NCBI GenBank assembly: GCA_016748015.1
Contig: JAAOMT010000523.1
Location: 1,552,358-1,616,357 of the forward strand
Length of the DNA stretch: 64,000 nt
Direction: 5' to 3'
Origin: Geosiphon pyriformis uo1
Lineage: Eukaryota; Fungi; Glomeromycota
Shown here: piece after piece, positions 28,464 to 38,770 of the stretch
How positions within the stretch are numbered: the stretch's first letter is position 1
How the letters are laid out: each line of letters begins with the position of its first letter
Notes under the pieces: model-generated
Seen by the model: the letters and a program-made list of their open reading frames with translations, nothing else
What the model was told of the DNA's origin: nothing
Database searches by the model: none
Program-made: the position numbers and the translations under genes

Positions 28464-30094
28464 ATGAAACCAAGTTTTTATTCGAAAAAATATTTTACCA
28501 TTGTTCTACCATATCATAATCTTATACAACGAACACAAATTTCGTTTAGATTTTTAAATCTTTTTTTGAAAAAATCCATCGTACTTGTACTTTTGCTGCT
28601 TTTTTGGACTTATATTATAAAGAAAATTGATAATAATAATTTGGAGAGATGGCAACAATTTCTAGGGAAGGAATCCAAAAGTGATAAAGAGGTTGACGAT
28701 TTAAGAAGTCGAGACTTGGATCGAAAGATTCGAATTGTATCATCAAAAAATTATTCCATGACAAGAGAATTAAAATTCTCGGCCCATGACAGAATCAAAC
28801 AAAATTATTTGGACTCAAAGAAAATAAACACTAGAGGTATTAATTAAATTTAAAATAGATAAAGATTCATTTTGAAATTAATTCACTGTTACTACTATTA
28901 TTATTATTATTATTATTATTAACTCTTTGTGTTTTTAACAGCTATATTGGAAATTAGTGAAAAACCTATAAGAATCACCGAACCTTTAATCTTGGCGCAA
29001 TTCACTAGAATTGCAATCGTTACAAACAAAGCCTTTTGTGAAGCAAAATCAATGTTGGCTTTTGAAAATGGAATTAGAAGTAAACTTTTTGAAATTTTTT
29101 TGAAACATTATTATTTCGCTACCTATAAAAATGGTATAATAACTCTTTAAAATTTCAGTGCAGGTGGAAATAACGAAAGATGAGTTCATATTTTATTTTG
29201 GCGTCAATCAGGATAGTAGCATTACATTATGGGGTATTAATCGACCGAAAAAACTTTCTATATATCCCGATATCAGGTATATTTTTCCAGATTTTTGAAA
29301 AATATGGATACTTCTCCTTAAATGCTAATAAATTGTTTCTTAACAATTATTTATCAAGTCAAAGAGAAGATAAGTTTAGATTAAAAGTTGACAAAATTTT
29401 TTGGAATGCTTGGTTAAAAATAAAGGATAAAGTTAAAGCATTTGTGGTTCAGACTATGGGGAATGACAGAAAACGATCGATAATTTTCACGGGACATCGA
29501 TTTGCTGGAGGTTTGAATTAATTTTCATTATTGATATCTTTTATTTTTTTGAAAAGGAATATTCTAAAATTGTGAATCTCTCAAATTCTCTAAAAACTAT
29601 TCAAAAGTATATGCGATTTTCACAGCATTGCAAATCAAAAGAAAAAAATGGTCAAGAAAAGTTTTTGCATATACATGGGGTACACCACGTTTTGGTGAAA
29701 TCAATTTTTCAAGACATGTGGATAACATTTTATTTGCTTACCGGTTTACCTTACTGGACGATCAATATCCAAGAGAACCATCACACCATTTAGGCTATAA
29801 CCATCATCAAATTGAATATTGGATAAAATCGGAATGTGATTGTGACAAGCATGACGTTTATCAATGTCTTGCTTTGCCGTACAATCCTAATTATTATGAA
29901 AATAGTGTGCGTATTTTTTATTTTTTTTCAAAAGATTATTATTATTATTATTATTATTATTGGAACTCGTCTATTTTTTTTCAAATAATATTGCTTTCTC
30001 ATTTTAGCTGTGCAACAATGCTCAAGTCATTCACAGCCCAGATTATACATATAATGGTCCTTATTTTGGAATATATTTTGGACAAGAATGTTAG
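28464..30094 (+). CDS. Class-3 lipase-fold protein L4, catalytic Ser absent; 6 exons
   Basis: Signal-anchor segment, TNKAFC, FTGHRFAGV, YTWGTPRFGE, DDQYPREP, EYWIKSECDC and TYNGPYFG. Exons are about 28464-28836, 28942-29079, 29159-29276, 29359-29510, 29609-29906 and 30008-30094. Confidence 0.83.
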
Positions 30095-32785
30095 GAATTT
30101 CAAATATCAATGTGAGTGGGAGGGTTTTATTTACTTTAAAGTGAAATGAACACCAAAAATTTATTGCAGTTAGATTCGAACTTAGATTTTATCCAAATTC
30201 TTAATTTAATTCGTTTAAGCTTTGTATCGACCCTGAATTTCTTCTGTCATGCTGAATGCGGATAGCTGTTCATTGATGATCCTTTGATTATGCAGTTAGA
30301 TAAAACGAGTTTTTTTGTAAAACTTTTTTAGATAGGAAACTTCTTTAATGAAAAAAGTCCAGTTAAAGATTGAAACAGTTTAATGTCACTTTTCCCCTTT
30401 TTCTTCCCCTTAAAAATGGAATTATTTATAATGAGGGTGAATCAAGTTGGATCAGATGTTGAAATTTTATGAAGGGGTGAGAGAGAGGGTATTTAAGTTG
30501 GACGAGTTGTTTGCAATATGAAAGCTTTCAAAGATGTTTGCCTTAGTGAAGGGTATTTTGATATGGCGGTATTAATCAAGAATTAACGTTAGTTCAAATT
30601 GATAATTTACCGGATGAGTCGATGAATCGATGAATCGATGAATCGGAATTAATATTATTTGACTTTAGTAATTTAAATTTCACGCTTAACTATTTGTAGC
30701 GATTGAATATAAAAAATGTTTTTGACTTTGACATATATTGTTGAAGAAAGCTTTTTTTTAATGATCAAAAAATAATCTCGCTATCGAACATAATGACATA
30801 ATAAATTTTTAAGGTTTTTAAAGTTTTTTCATAAATATGAGATTTTTTTTAACAACGAAGGCGTTCCCTTCCCTTATTATTAAAGTCTTTTTAAATAGGA
30901 TCAATTTCCATCTAATTTCAAAATACAATTATTTTTTGATTTCTATCATTCAAATAAATCTTTAGCAATATGAAATTTTTTTTTTTATTGAAAAGGGTTA
31001 AATCAATAATAAGGCTAATTTTAATACTCAAAAAGAAGACAATTATAAATTTTTGGGATAAAAAAACTAACGCTAATATTTTTCATAAATAATCTTACAG
31101 GGAACCTATTAATTTGCTCATGTTCATGAAGCACATTAGTTTTATCACATTTATGATCGTTTTAATAATGATTTTGAAATAAATAAACTCAATTTTAAAT
31201 TTGTCCAAGTTTTATTTTTATATAGTGACATGTGGTTTTGTGCTATAAAGATGAAAAGATTTTTTACTTAATCTTATCAACAATTAAAAATATTATCAAG
31301 ATTAATAACTTAATTTTTTTCTTTAAATTGTTTTTAATGTTTATATTTTTTACTTTCATCTTTTTAAAAGTTGTAAATAATTTAAATTATTTTTGTTTTA
31401 GAATTTTCTTATATTGTATAATTAACAATTGCATAATAACTTGCATGTATTTATAAATATATGAATCATATTAATATATTTGATATTAATATAAACAACA
31501 ATTATTTTGGTATCAAAAACAAATTTTTTTAATCTGATTATTAATTTGATTAATGAATTAATTATTAACTTAATCATTAATTTTAAATAATATTCCAAAA
31601 ATAACTAAAAAAATAATATATAATAGCAATTTGTAAATCACTTTTTTTTTTAAAAAAAGTTTTAAAATAAATGAAATAATATTTTGATTGTAAAATTTGC
31701 TAATTAAAAAAATAAAATCAAAGTATTTCAAATAATTAAAAGTCTCATTTAGAATTGAATCTTTTTTTTTTATTATTTTTTGTTCTTTACTTTTTAATAT
31801 ATGTATCACTTGATTTCTTTTTATAACTTTTATATATTTAAATTTAGATTTTTTATTTGCAGTTTTTCCTAAATAATATCTTTTATACGGTTTTTTTTTT
31901 TTCAAAACGTTTCACGTGGTTCCTTTTTTTATTTTTTTTTACAACAGAATGACAATATAAATCGATAAAGAAAAAACTTGAAAGTAAAATTCACATTTTT
32001 CCTTGTTACCTCATTGATTAGATTTTTACAATTGAAATATAAGATTTTAAAGTTTAATAAAAAATGAATTCCTGTGTGAGCTATTTTAATTTTTAATCTG
32101 CGTCTTTAAAGATTTCTTCATTATGCAAAAAACCTAAATAAAGCTACTTAAATTAAATAAAACCAAAAGACATATATTGTGCATCAATATCTAAAAATAG
32201 CAATTGCTTTAAATATTTGGGCCGAGTTTGTCAATGAAAAACCAAAATTTTGTGCTTTTCCTTTGCTGGCTAAAAAGAGAGTACAAATAAATTTATTTTA
32301 TAGTAATCAAAAGGCTGAAAACAGACTTAAATAAGTAAACTCATTTTTGTCATGACCATATGTTGTGTATTCAAAGCATAATACATTCGCTATATACCAC
32401 AACACCAACGATCAACAAATAATAAACATCACAAATATGATTGAAATTTAAAATCTTTCCCCGCCTAAACTTAATTAGTTACTTATAAAAGGCAACCCCC
32501 CAAGCAATTACATATTGTTTCTTTTTTTCATTTAACATAATTCCTTCTTGGTTTGAGACCTTTTTTGCCTCCCATTTAAAAAAAAACGTTATTACTAAAT
32601 ACCGAAGCTTTGATTTCAAATTTGCTAGCTTTAAATCTTATTCTTTAAATACTAGTTGTAATCAAGAAAATTTTCTCATCACTTCTTACTTGAATTGTTC
32701 CCTTGAAAAATTGTTTTTGGTTTGCAAATATATTAACAACCTTTAAAGAAACGTCATCATTTAAATTCGTTTACTACAGAAAACT

Positions 32786-34363
32786 ATGTATTTCACACAG
32801 ATAAATCATGCAAGATCAAGCTCTTGCTCTGAAGAAATAGATGATAATGATCACGAATTCAATTCAGCTTTAAGAAATCTGTCTTCAAACACAAAATCAG
32901 TGTTCGCATTGCATCAGAACTCACAAATTTCTTTGCAAAAATTAACTCCAGAAATCCTTGAATCAATATTCATTCACTTGCCTTCGCCTCAACCTCTTGC
33001 TTCTGTATGTCGTCTATTTCACGTAATCGTTACATTTTCAAAGAGTTTTAAACGTCGATGGCTTCGTCATTGGCTGCATCCAAAATTGCCAAGAGCATTT
33101 ATGCCAAGTTACTCCGATTTGTGCAAAGCTATTGAAACGAAGACTCCCTTTCATATCCTCATTGAGATTGTCAGTCTACGAAAACTTGGTCACTTAGAAC
33201 TGACCTCAACACATGGAGGGAGCGTGAATAAATTGGTTGATGTTTCTTTTCAACATCCAAAACGTCACCTTCTATTACCATTTTTAATTGAAAAAGGGTT
33301 GAAACTCGATCGGTATATCAGCGAAAATGCGACACATGATTTTAAATTAACTGAGGGTGGAGTTGAAGTTGAGAAACGAATGCAAAAGGATTACTTCACG
33401 GCGATAATTTTCGCGAGACAAAAATCAATTACATTTTATAATCAATTGCTGGCTTCGAAAACTTTCTTTACCGACACAGATCTTGCCTTTGCTATAGTAC
33501 TGCATCAAAGATTTGATGTAGCCGATGCTCTTTCTCTTCACTTACAACATACAATCGATGTTTTGGAAGAAAGTGTCGATCGACAATACACCAATGGGAT
33601 CGCTTGGGCATTTACTCGGGGTGTCGGTGATGCTCAAAAACAAAATCCGCTTTATTTTCGAATTTGTATTGAGAAAGCAGATGTCATAGCGGCTCGAAAA
33701 CTAATCGAGAACGGAGCTCTCATTAATATTTCACCCTCGGCTCAACAGAATGATTCTGCCCTTTTCGGATCAACCAGCTTTCTTGAATTTACTATTCAAT
33801 GCTATTTTGCGTATTACAAAGAAGAACAAAATAGAGAAGCTAGAAAAAGTTTAATCAAATTATTGCTTGAATTTGGAGCCGATCCAAACGCTGATGATGG
33901 AAGACCATTAGCATTAACCGTCACAAATCATAATTGGGAGTTGACACAATTGTTATTAAATTCCGGAGCAGATCCTAGATGTGGTGGTCAAATTGCTTTA
34001 AAAATTGCCACCGACCTCGGATATAAAGATATAGCAAAAGCTCTTTATCAGATCACAAAAGGTGATAGTATTCATTTTGGGCATAATCGAAGTTGTAGTA
34101 GCGGTAGCCTTATTTTCTCTGGACATCATGAAGTAGTTCCAGAAAATCGAAGCCGTAGTAGCGGTAACCTTATTTTCGCTGGACTTCATGAAGTAATTCC
34201 AGAAGAAAATAACGTGCCCTCAAAATCGGTATCCGGTAAAATTTCTAAAGCTATACGTAGAATGACTCTGACACTTGATAAAATACCGATTCCCGGCAGA
34301 CGCCATAGCGAATCTAGCGTTCCAAAAAAAAAAGAGCCGACTGAGCATTTTGCCAACAGATGA
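32786..34363 (+). CDS. F-box-like plus ankyrin-repeat protein (525 aa, intronless)
   Basis: LQKLTPEILESIFIHL..LASVCRLF is F-box-like. LIENGALIN, LLLEFGADPNADDGRPL and LLLNSGADP..ALKIATDLGYKDIAKAL are ankyrin repeats. Confidence 0.8.
   Translation: MYFTQINHARSSSCSEEIDDNDHEFNSALRNLSSNTKSVFALHQNSQISLQKLTPEILESIFIHLPSPQPLASVCRLFHVIVTFSKSFKRRWLRHWLHPKLPRAFMPSYSDLCKAIETKTPFHILIEIVSLRKLGHLELTSTHGGSVNKLVDVSFQHPKRHLLLPFLIEKGLKLDRYISENATHDFKLTEGGVEVEKRMQKDYFTAIIFARQKSITFYNQLLASKTFFTDTDLAFAIVLHQRFDVADALSLHLQHTIDVLEESVDRQYTNGIAWAFTRGVGDAQKQNPLYFRICIEKADVIAARKLIENGALINISPSAQQNDSALFGSTSFLEFTIQCYFAYYKEEQNREARKSLIKLLLEFGADPNADDGRPLALTVTNHNWELTQLLLNSGADPRCGGQIALKIATDLGYKDIAKALYQITKGDSIHFGHNRSCSSGSLIFSGHHEVVPENRSRSSGNLIFAGLHEVIPEENNVPSKSVSGKISKAIRRMTLTLDKIPIPGRRHSESSVPKKKEPTEHFANR
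34085..34204 (+). repeat. In-frame 2 x 60-bp tandem duplication
   Basis: NRSCSSGSLIFSGHHEVVPE / NRSRSSGNLIFAGLHEVIPE. Confidence 0.9.
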
Positions 34364-35286
34364 TCATATTAGAGATGAGAAAACCATTTATAAAAGGCAA
34401 AATTCATATAATGTTTAAACTTTGTAAATTTTTTAAGATTTTCTGATTAACAAAGTCAAGGGCCTATTGATTCACAATTTTTGCCACTCACAACTGGCGA
34501 TGATTTCACAATTGACTTGGGTAATTAGAGCTTTTTTTTTGTTTAGCCTTGGATTACTTGACTGGAGTTTGATTTCGCAGAATCGAAGTACGGCAACTCC
34601 CGAAATTAATGTCTGTATTTGGAAATTAAGCCTCAAACTTTGATGTAATAAATTTTTAATATATGTGACAAATAATTGTCACATGGCGTGATATGTCACG
34701 ATTTTTTGTTTATGATATTAACCTTTTTAGGTTTTTATTGTTTTTGTAAATTGAAAAGTTAACGCGATGTATTGATTTGATAATTAGTGGTAAATTTTAA
34801 AATAATGTTATTTCATTCATAAAAAATCAAAATTTTCAACCGAATTTATAAATATAATTATTTTAATAAAAATGTGACTTATATACATTATTTCGAAATT
34901 TCGAAAGTTTTTTAAGTGGTGTTTTTAAAATTAAACCTTAAAAAACCATAAATTTAAAAGAACAATAAAAACTATTGAAATTAAAAAATATTTCTTTAAT
35001 CAGCTTATTATAAATTAATGCTAAATTTTTTGATTATTAAGACAGTTGATTATCCCAGTTTTCCAAACTCGTCAAAAATTTTTTCTGATTACTCATTTTT
35101 GATGATGGAACTGCAAAAAGCAAATCCAAATAGATCTGCAGAAATGTTAAAGGAACCTTTTTCTTAACAGGTTGCTATATTATTCTTGTGCTCGTTGTGG
35201 TTTAAATTTGCTTTAATCCCACCAGTTTTCTTATTTGATTATGGTCAAAGCCCTCTAGCTTTTTTTTATCCTAGCAAATTTTAACG

Positions 35287-35766
35287 ATGGGTTTTTGGGA
35301 AGTAGTGAAGTTCGGTGGCAGAGTAGTAATAGTAGGAACAGCAGGGGCAGTAATCGTTTCCACTGGGGGATTGGCTGCTCCTATAATCGGTGTTGGCGTT
35401 TATGCGGGCGGCAAAGCAGTTAAAAAAATAGGAGAAAAATGTGATTGTGGATTTATTGAAGAAGTTGGGGATTTCGTTGAAGACGTGGGTCTCGATGGTC
35501 TAACTGGTGGGTTACTCAATGCTGGAACCCAAACGGCGGTCAGGCTAACAGCACGGGGGATTGCTCGTCATGGTCGTAGAATAATTAAAGGTGCCAAACT
35601 TTTAATCAAGATTGGTCAAACAATAAAGATAGGAAGCAAAGTGTATAGAGTTTGTAACGATAATTTAGACGAAATTGAACGCGTGGTTAGATATTATCAC
35701 GGTCATCACAAAGGTGAGGGAAGAAGCTATGACAGTGATTGTCCCATCTGCCAAAAAGATATCTAA
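35287..35766 (+). CDS. Gly-rich hydrophobic protein with C-terminal His/Cys cluster (159 aa, intronless), possibly endobacterial in origin
   Basis: Clean ORF, GC-richer than its flanks, with a GxxxG-rich hydrophobic N-half and HGHH..CPIC at the end. A conserved paralog lies at 55119. Confidence 0.7.
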   Translation: MGFWEVVKFGGRVVIVGTAGAVIVSTGGLAAPIIGVGVYAGGKAVKKIGEKCDCGFIEEVGDFVEDVGLDGLTGGLLNAGTQTAVRLTARGIARHGRRIIKGAKLLIKIGQTIKIGSKVYRVCNDNLDEIERVVRYYHGHHKGEGRSYDSDCPICQKDI

Positions 35767-36025
35767 AAATTTTTTATGGTAAGACTTTACTTCATGCTTA
35801 AAAGATACAGAAATTATTCGGCCCTCGTTTTCTTTCTACTTTTGAATGCATTTTTTTTAAAATTTTTTCTATTTCTCTACTTGGAATAGGTGTTTATATT
35901 ATCCAAATTAATTTTTTTATCTAGATGATATCGATGGTTAACTAACTCAGCGGTTAGGACACTACGTTTTTTTAGATACAAAAAATAATCGTATTATTGC
36001 TAGTGTGAACAGATAAAAAAATCTG

Positions 36026-36364
36026 ATGACAATAATTCATAAAAGCACCCCCCAATATCAGAACATTTGAAAAGCTAAAGATTTAAAGGAATTGAGCCAG
36101 TAATCGTTTAGAGAATTAAAAGGAACAGAAAGAACTTAAAATATTAGAATTAACAAGACGCCAATTTATCCTGGGGAAATCTTAGCCGAAAGCAAGATAT
36201 CACTCCTGATATATCTTATCGTCTTGGATTATTTTTTGATTAATGGGAGGCAGAAGCGTTATGAATTGGATTGCTGAAAAGATAAGAAAGAAAAAACAAT
36301 AAGAAATCAAGTATTGCCATTTCAGCAAATTAAGGCTTCTTTACGAACTAGAGAAGGAGTTTAG
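36026..36364 (+). pseudogene. higBA: Decayed bacterial higB-higA toxin-antitoxin module (copy A)
   Basis: HigB-like MTII..QNI(TGA=W)K..AKDLKEL..SNRLE-LKG..IRIN. HigA-like PIYPGEILAE..ITPDISYRLGLFFD..AEAL(TGA=W)IGL..IRNQVLPF. Deletions and frameshifts throughout. Confidence 0.75.
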
Positions 36365-36811
36365 AAAAACCAACCTAAAATAAGTAATCAAACAAAGAAA
36401 CTTCCCACTCGCAAAAACTCTGTTTTTTGCTGGTCTAAAAACGAATAAAATATATTATTATAAAATATATATATCTGATAATTTATAGATAAAAGGCAAA
36501 AAGAAAAGAAAAGAGCATAAAAAAGGGTAGGAAAAACTAGGGGTGAATTTTTATTTATAATTAGTAAATTATGTGCTTCCCATTTTCACTTATAAAAAGT
36601 CGTCACTAGAAATGGTCCTCATTTAAATTAAAATTTCTCCCAAGAACCTTCTAAAATTACGGGTTCATTACTCTGCTAAATCTTTGTGAGTCTAATTAAC
36701 TTTCAAAGACATGATCGGTATGTTATTTAATGTATTGATTTGTAACGATTTAAAGCCAGAATCTATTATTTCTATTATTGATGAAAATACTTTGGATTGA
36801 AAAACAAATAT

Positions 36812-38193
36812 TCAAACTTTCAATGTCGAAAGCACATCGACCCCCTGCCTTGGCTCAAAAATCAATTTATAATCTAAAGGTTTACAATCAANNNNNNNNN
36901 NNNNNNNNNNNNNNNNNNNNNNNNNNNNNNNNNNNNNNNNNNNNNNNNNNNNNNNNNNNNNNNNNNNNNNNNNNNNNNNNNNNNNNNNNNNNNNNNNNNN
37001 NNNNNNNNNNNNNNNNNNNNNNNNNNNNNNNNNNNNNNNNNNNNNNNNNNNNNNNNNNNNNNNNNNNNNNNNNNNNNNNNNNNNNNNNNNNNNNNNNNNN
37101 NNNNNNNNNNNNNNNNNNNNNNNNNNNNNNNNNNNNNNNNNNNNNNNNNNNNNNNNNNNNNNNNNNNNNNNNNNNNNNNNNNNNNNNNNNNNNNNNNNNN
37201 NNNNNNNNNNNNNNNNNNNNNNNNNNNNNNNNNNNNNNNNNNTTTATAAGTTCCTCATTAATTTCTTCAGCCATGGCGCGAATATTGGTTGCTTCTGATG
37301 TGAAGAATTTTCTGAGTCCAAAACTTTGGAGCCACGGAAAAACATTCAATAGACTTCCTTTGATATTAACAAACTTGAGAATTACATCTAAACAGAGAGA
37401 ATATTTCCTTATAATATCTGAATCTGAAGCTGTCCGACCAAAGACAATTGTAGCTAATATTGTTGTAAATGCAGTTCGAATGTCCGGTGCTGGATTCACA
37501 GCAATAATGCCCTGAGAGTTCAAATATTGATGCAAAAGGAATTTTTTTGTTTCTTCAGAAATTATTGGGGAATAGACCGTGTCAATAACGTTTTGCCGTA
37601 GTTCTTGAACCTCGATTGAACGCATAGTTTTCCACCAATTGTTATTCTTTAGAAAATTTATGCAAATTTTGTCGATATTAGTTACTCAAACTTTGAAATT
37701 TAGCTAATAATTAATCATTTTGTAAATATAGCCTTACCGATGCAAATGCCACACTTTTATCATTTTTCGCAATCACCTCACTGAGAAGGCCATGCCCCTT
37801 AATTTAATATCAAAATTGAATTATTTTGAACGATAGACCTAAATTTAATTCACCATCTCTTTTGATTAATCTTACAGGCCTATCCGAATAATTCGCTCCT
37901 CTGTTAACAAGAAGATCTTGAGCGATTTGGTGGTCACTGATCACAATCCAAGTGAGTGCTCCAATATTAACTTTAAATAATGGACCATGTTTCTTTGACA
38001 TTTTCGATAAATTGGGATACATTATTGTACCAAGTTGATGCATATTACCGATGATAGGTATTGGAGTTGGGCCTGGGATTTCCAATGTTCCCTTTGGTCT
38101 TTGTTGGGAAACTTTTTTTTGAAAGATATGCCATAACCAAAGAATAGGTAATAAGAGCATAGATAATAAGAGAGTATTGACAAGAATAGCCAT
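36812..38193 (-). CDS. Cytochrome P450 spanning an assembly gap; near-identical to 57074-59003
   Basis: Exons 1-2, the 5' part of exon 3 and the tail of exon 5 match the 57-59 kb copy, apart from one Met/Val change seen. The centre is N. Confidence 0.8.
36892..37242. other. Assembly gap (351 N)
   Basis: N run. The matching interval in the other copy (57154-58052) is 899 nt. Confidence 0.99.
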
Positions 38194-38419
38194 CTTAAAG
38201 CTCATTAATATCTAGTTTTGAACGCTAAAATTTGCATTTCGAAAACCGTATTCGTGTTCTTTTATAATCAATTGAACTGATAATGTATCTTCATTTGAAA
38301 GTACTCTTTTTATTTTTTTATTTGAAAAAGAATGCAATTTTTAACCTGAAATTATAGATATACAAATTTGAAATTTGTGTTCTAATTAACTTACGAAAAA
38401 GCTGGATAATAGCACTATC

Positions 38420-38770
38420 AAATGCGAGAAAGAATTCACGCTTAATGTCTCCATCTATATTACAATTTTTCGAAAAAGGAGCGTCAAAACTGCTAAAACA
38501 CAGTCTCTGACGAAAATACTATTGATAATAATTAATATAATATTCGAAAATGGAGATGCAAAGCACAAAGGGGAAAATAGTTTGCATAAAAATCCAACAG
38601 CTAATGCTTTTCGTGCAATTGGTCAGTATATTTAAAGAGCTTTTAATCTCTACAGAAGTGGGAACAGAAGTCTTTCGCGCATCAATTTTAAAGACATACC
38701 ACCTAATATGGATATAAATATGAACCCTCTTAGTACACTTCATCGAAAAAATTCGCGTTTTCATGCATGT
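38420..38770 (+). mobile_element. Tc1-like transposase N-terminal relic, related to the 760-1431 element
   Basis: It shares attcgaaaatggagatg.aaagcacaaaggg with the reverse complement of ~1290-1320 and reads GDAKHKG..TANAFRAIGQYI*R. Confidence 0.6.

Larger units (their letters stand above)
35920..38295. repeat. Near-identical direct duplication of 56182-59105 (with more diverged flank 35140-35920 ~ 54935-55740)
   Basis: Side-by-side reading shows only isolated substitutions in the core tract. Confidence 0.92.

Noticed and set aside
36778-37515. 245-aa + strand ORF (also 58044-58325 and 57040-57231)
   Set aside because: Products of the N run or antisense to P450 exons.
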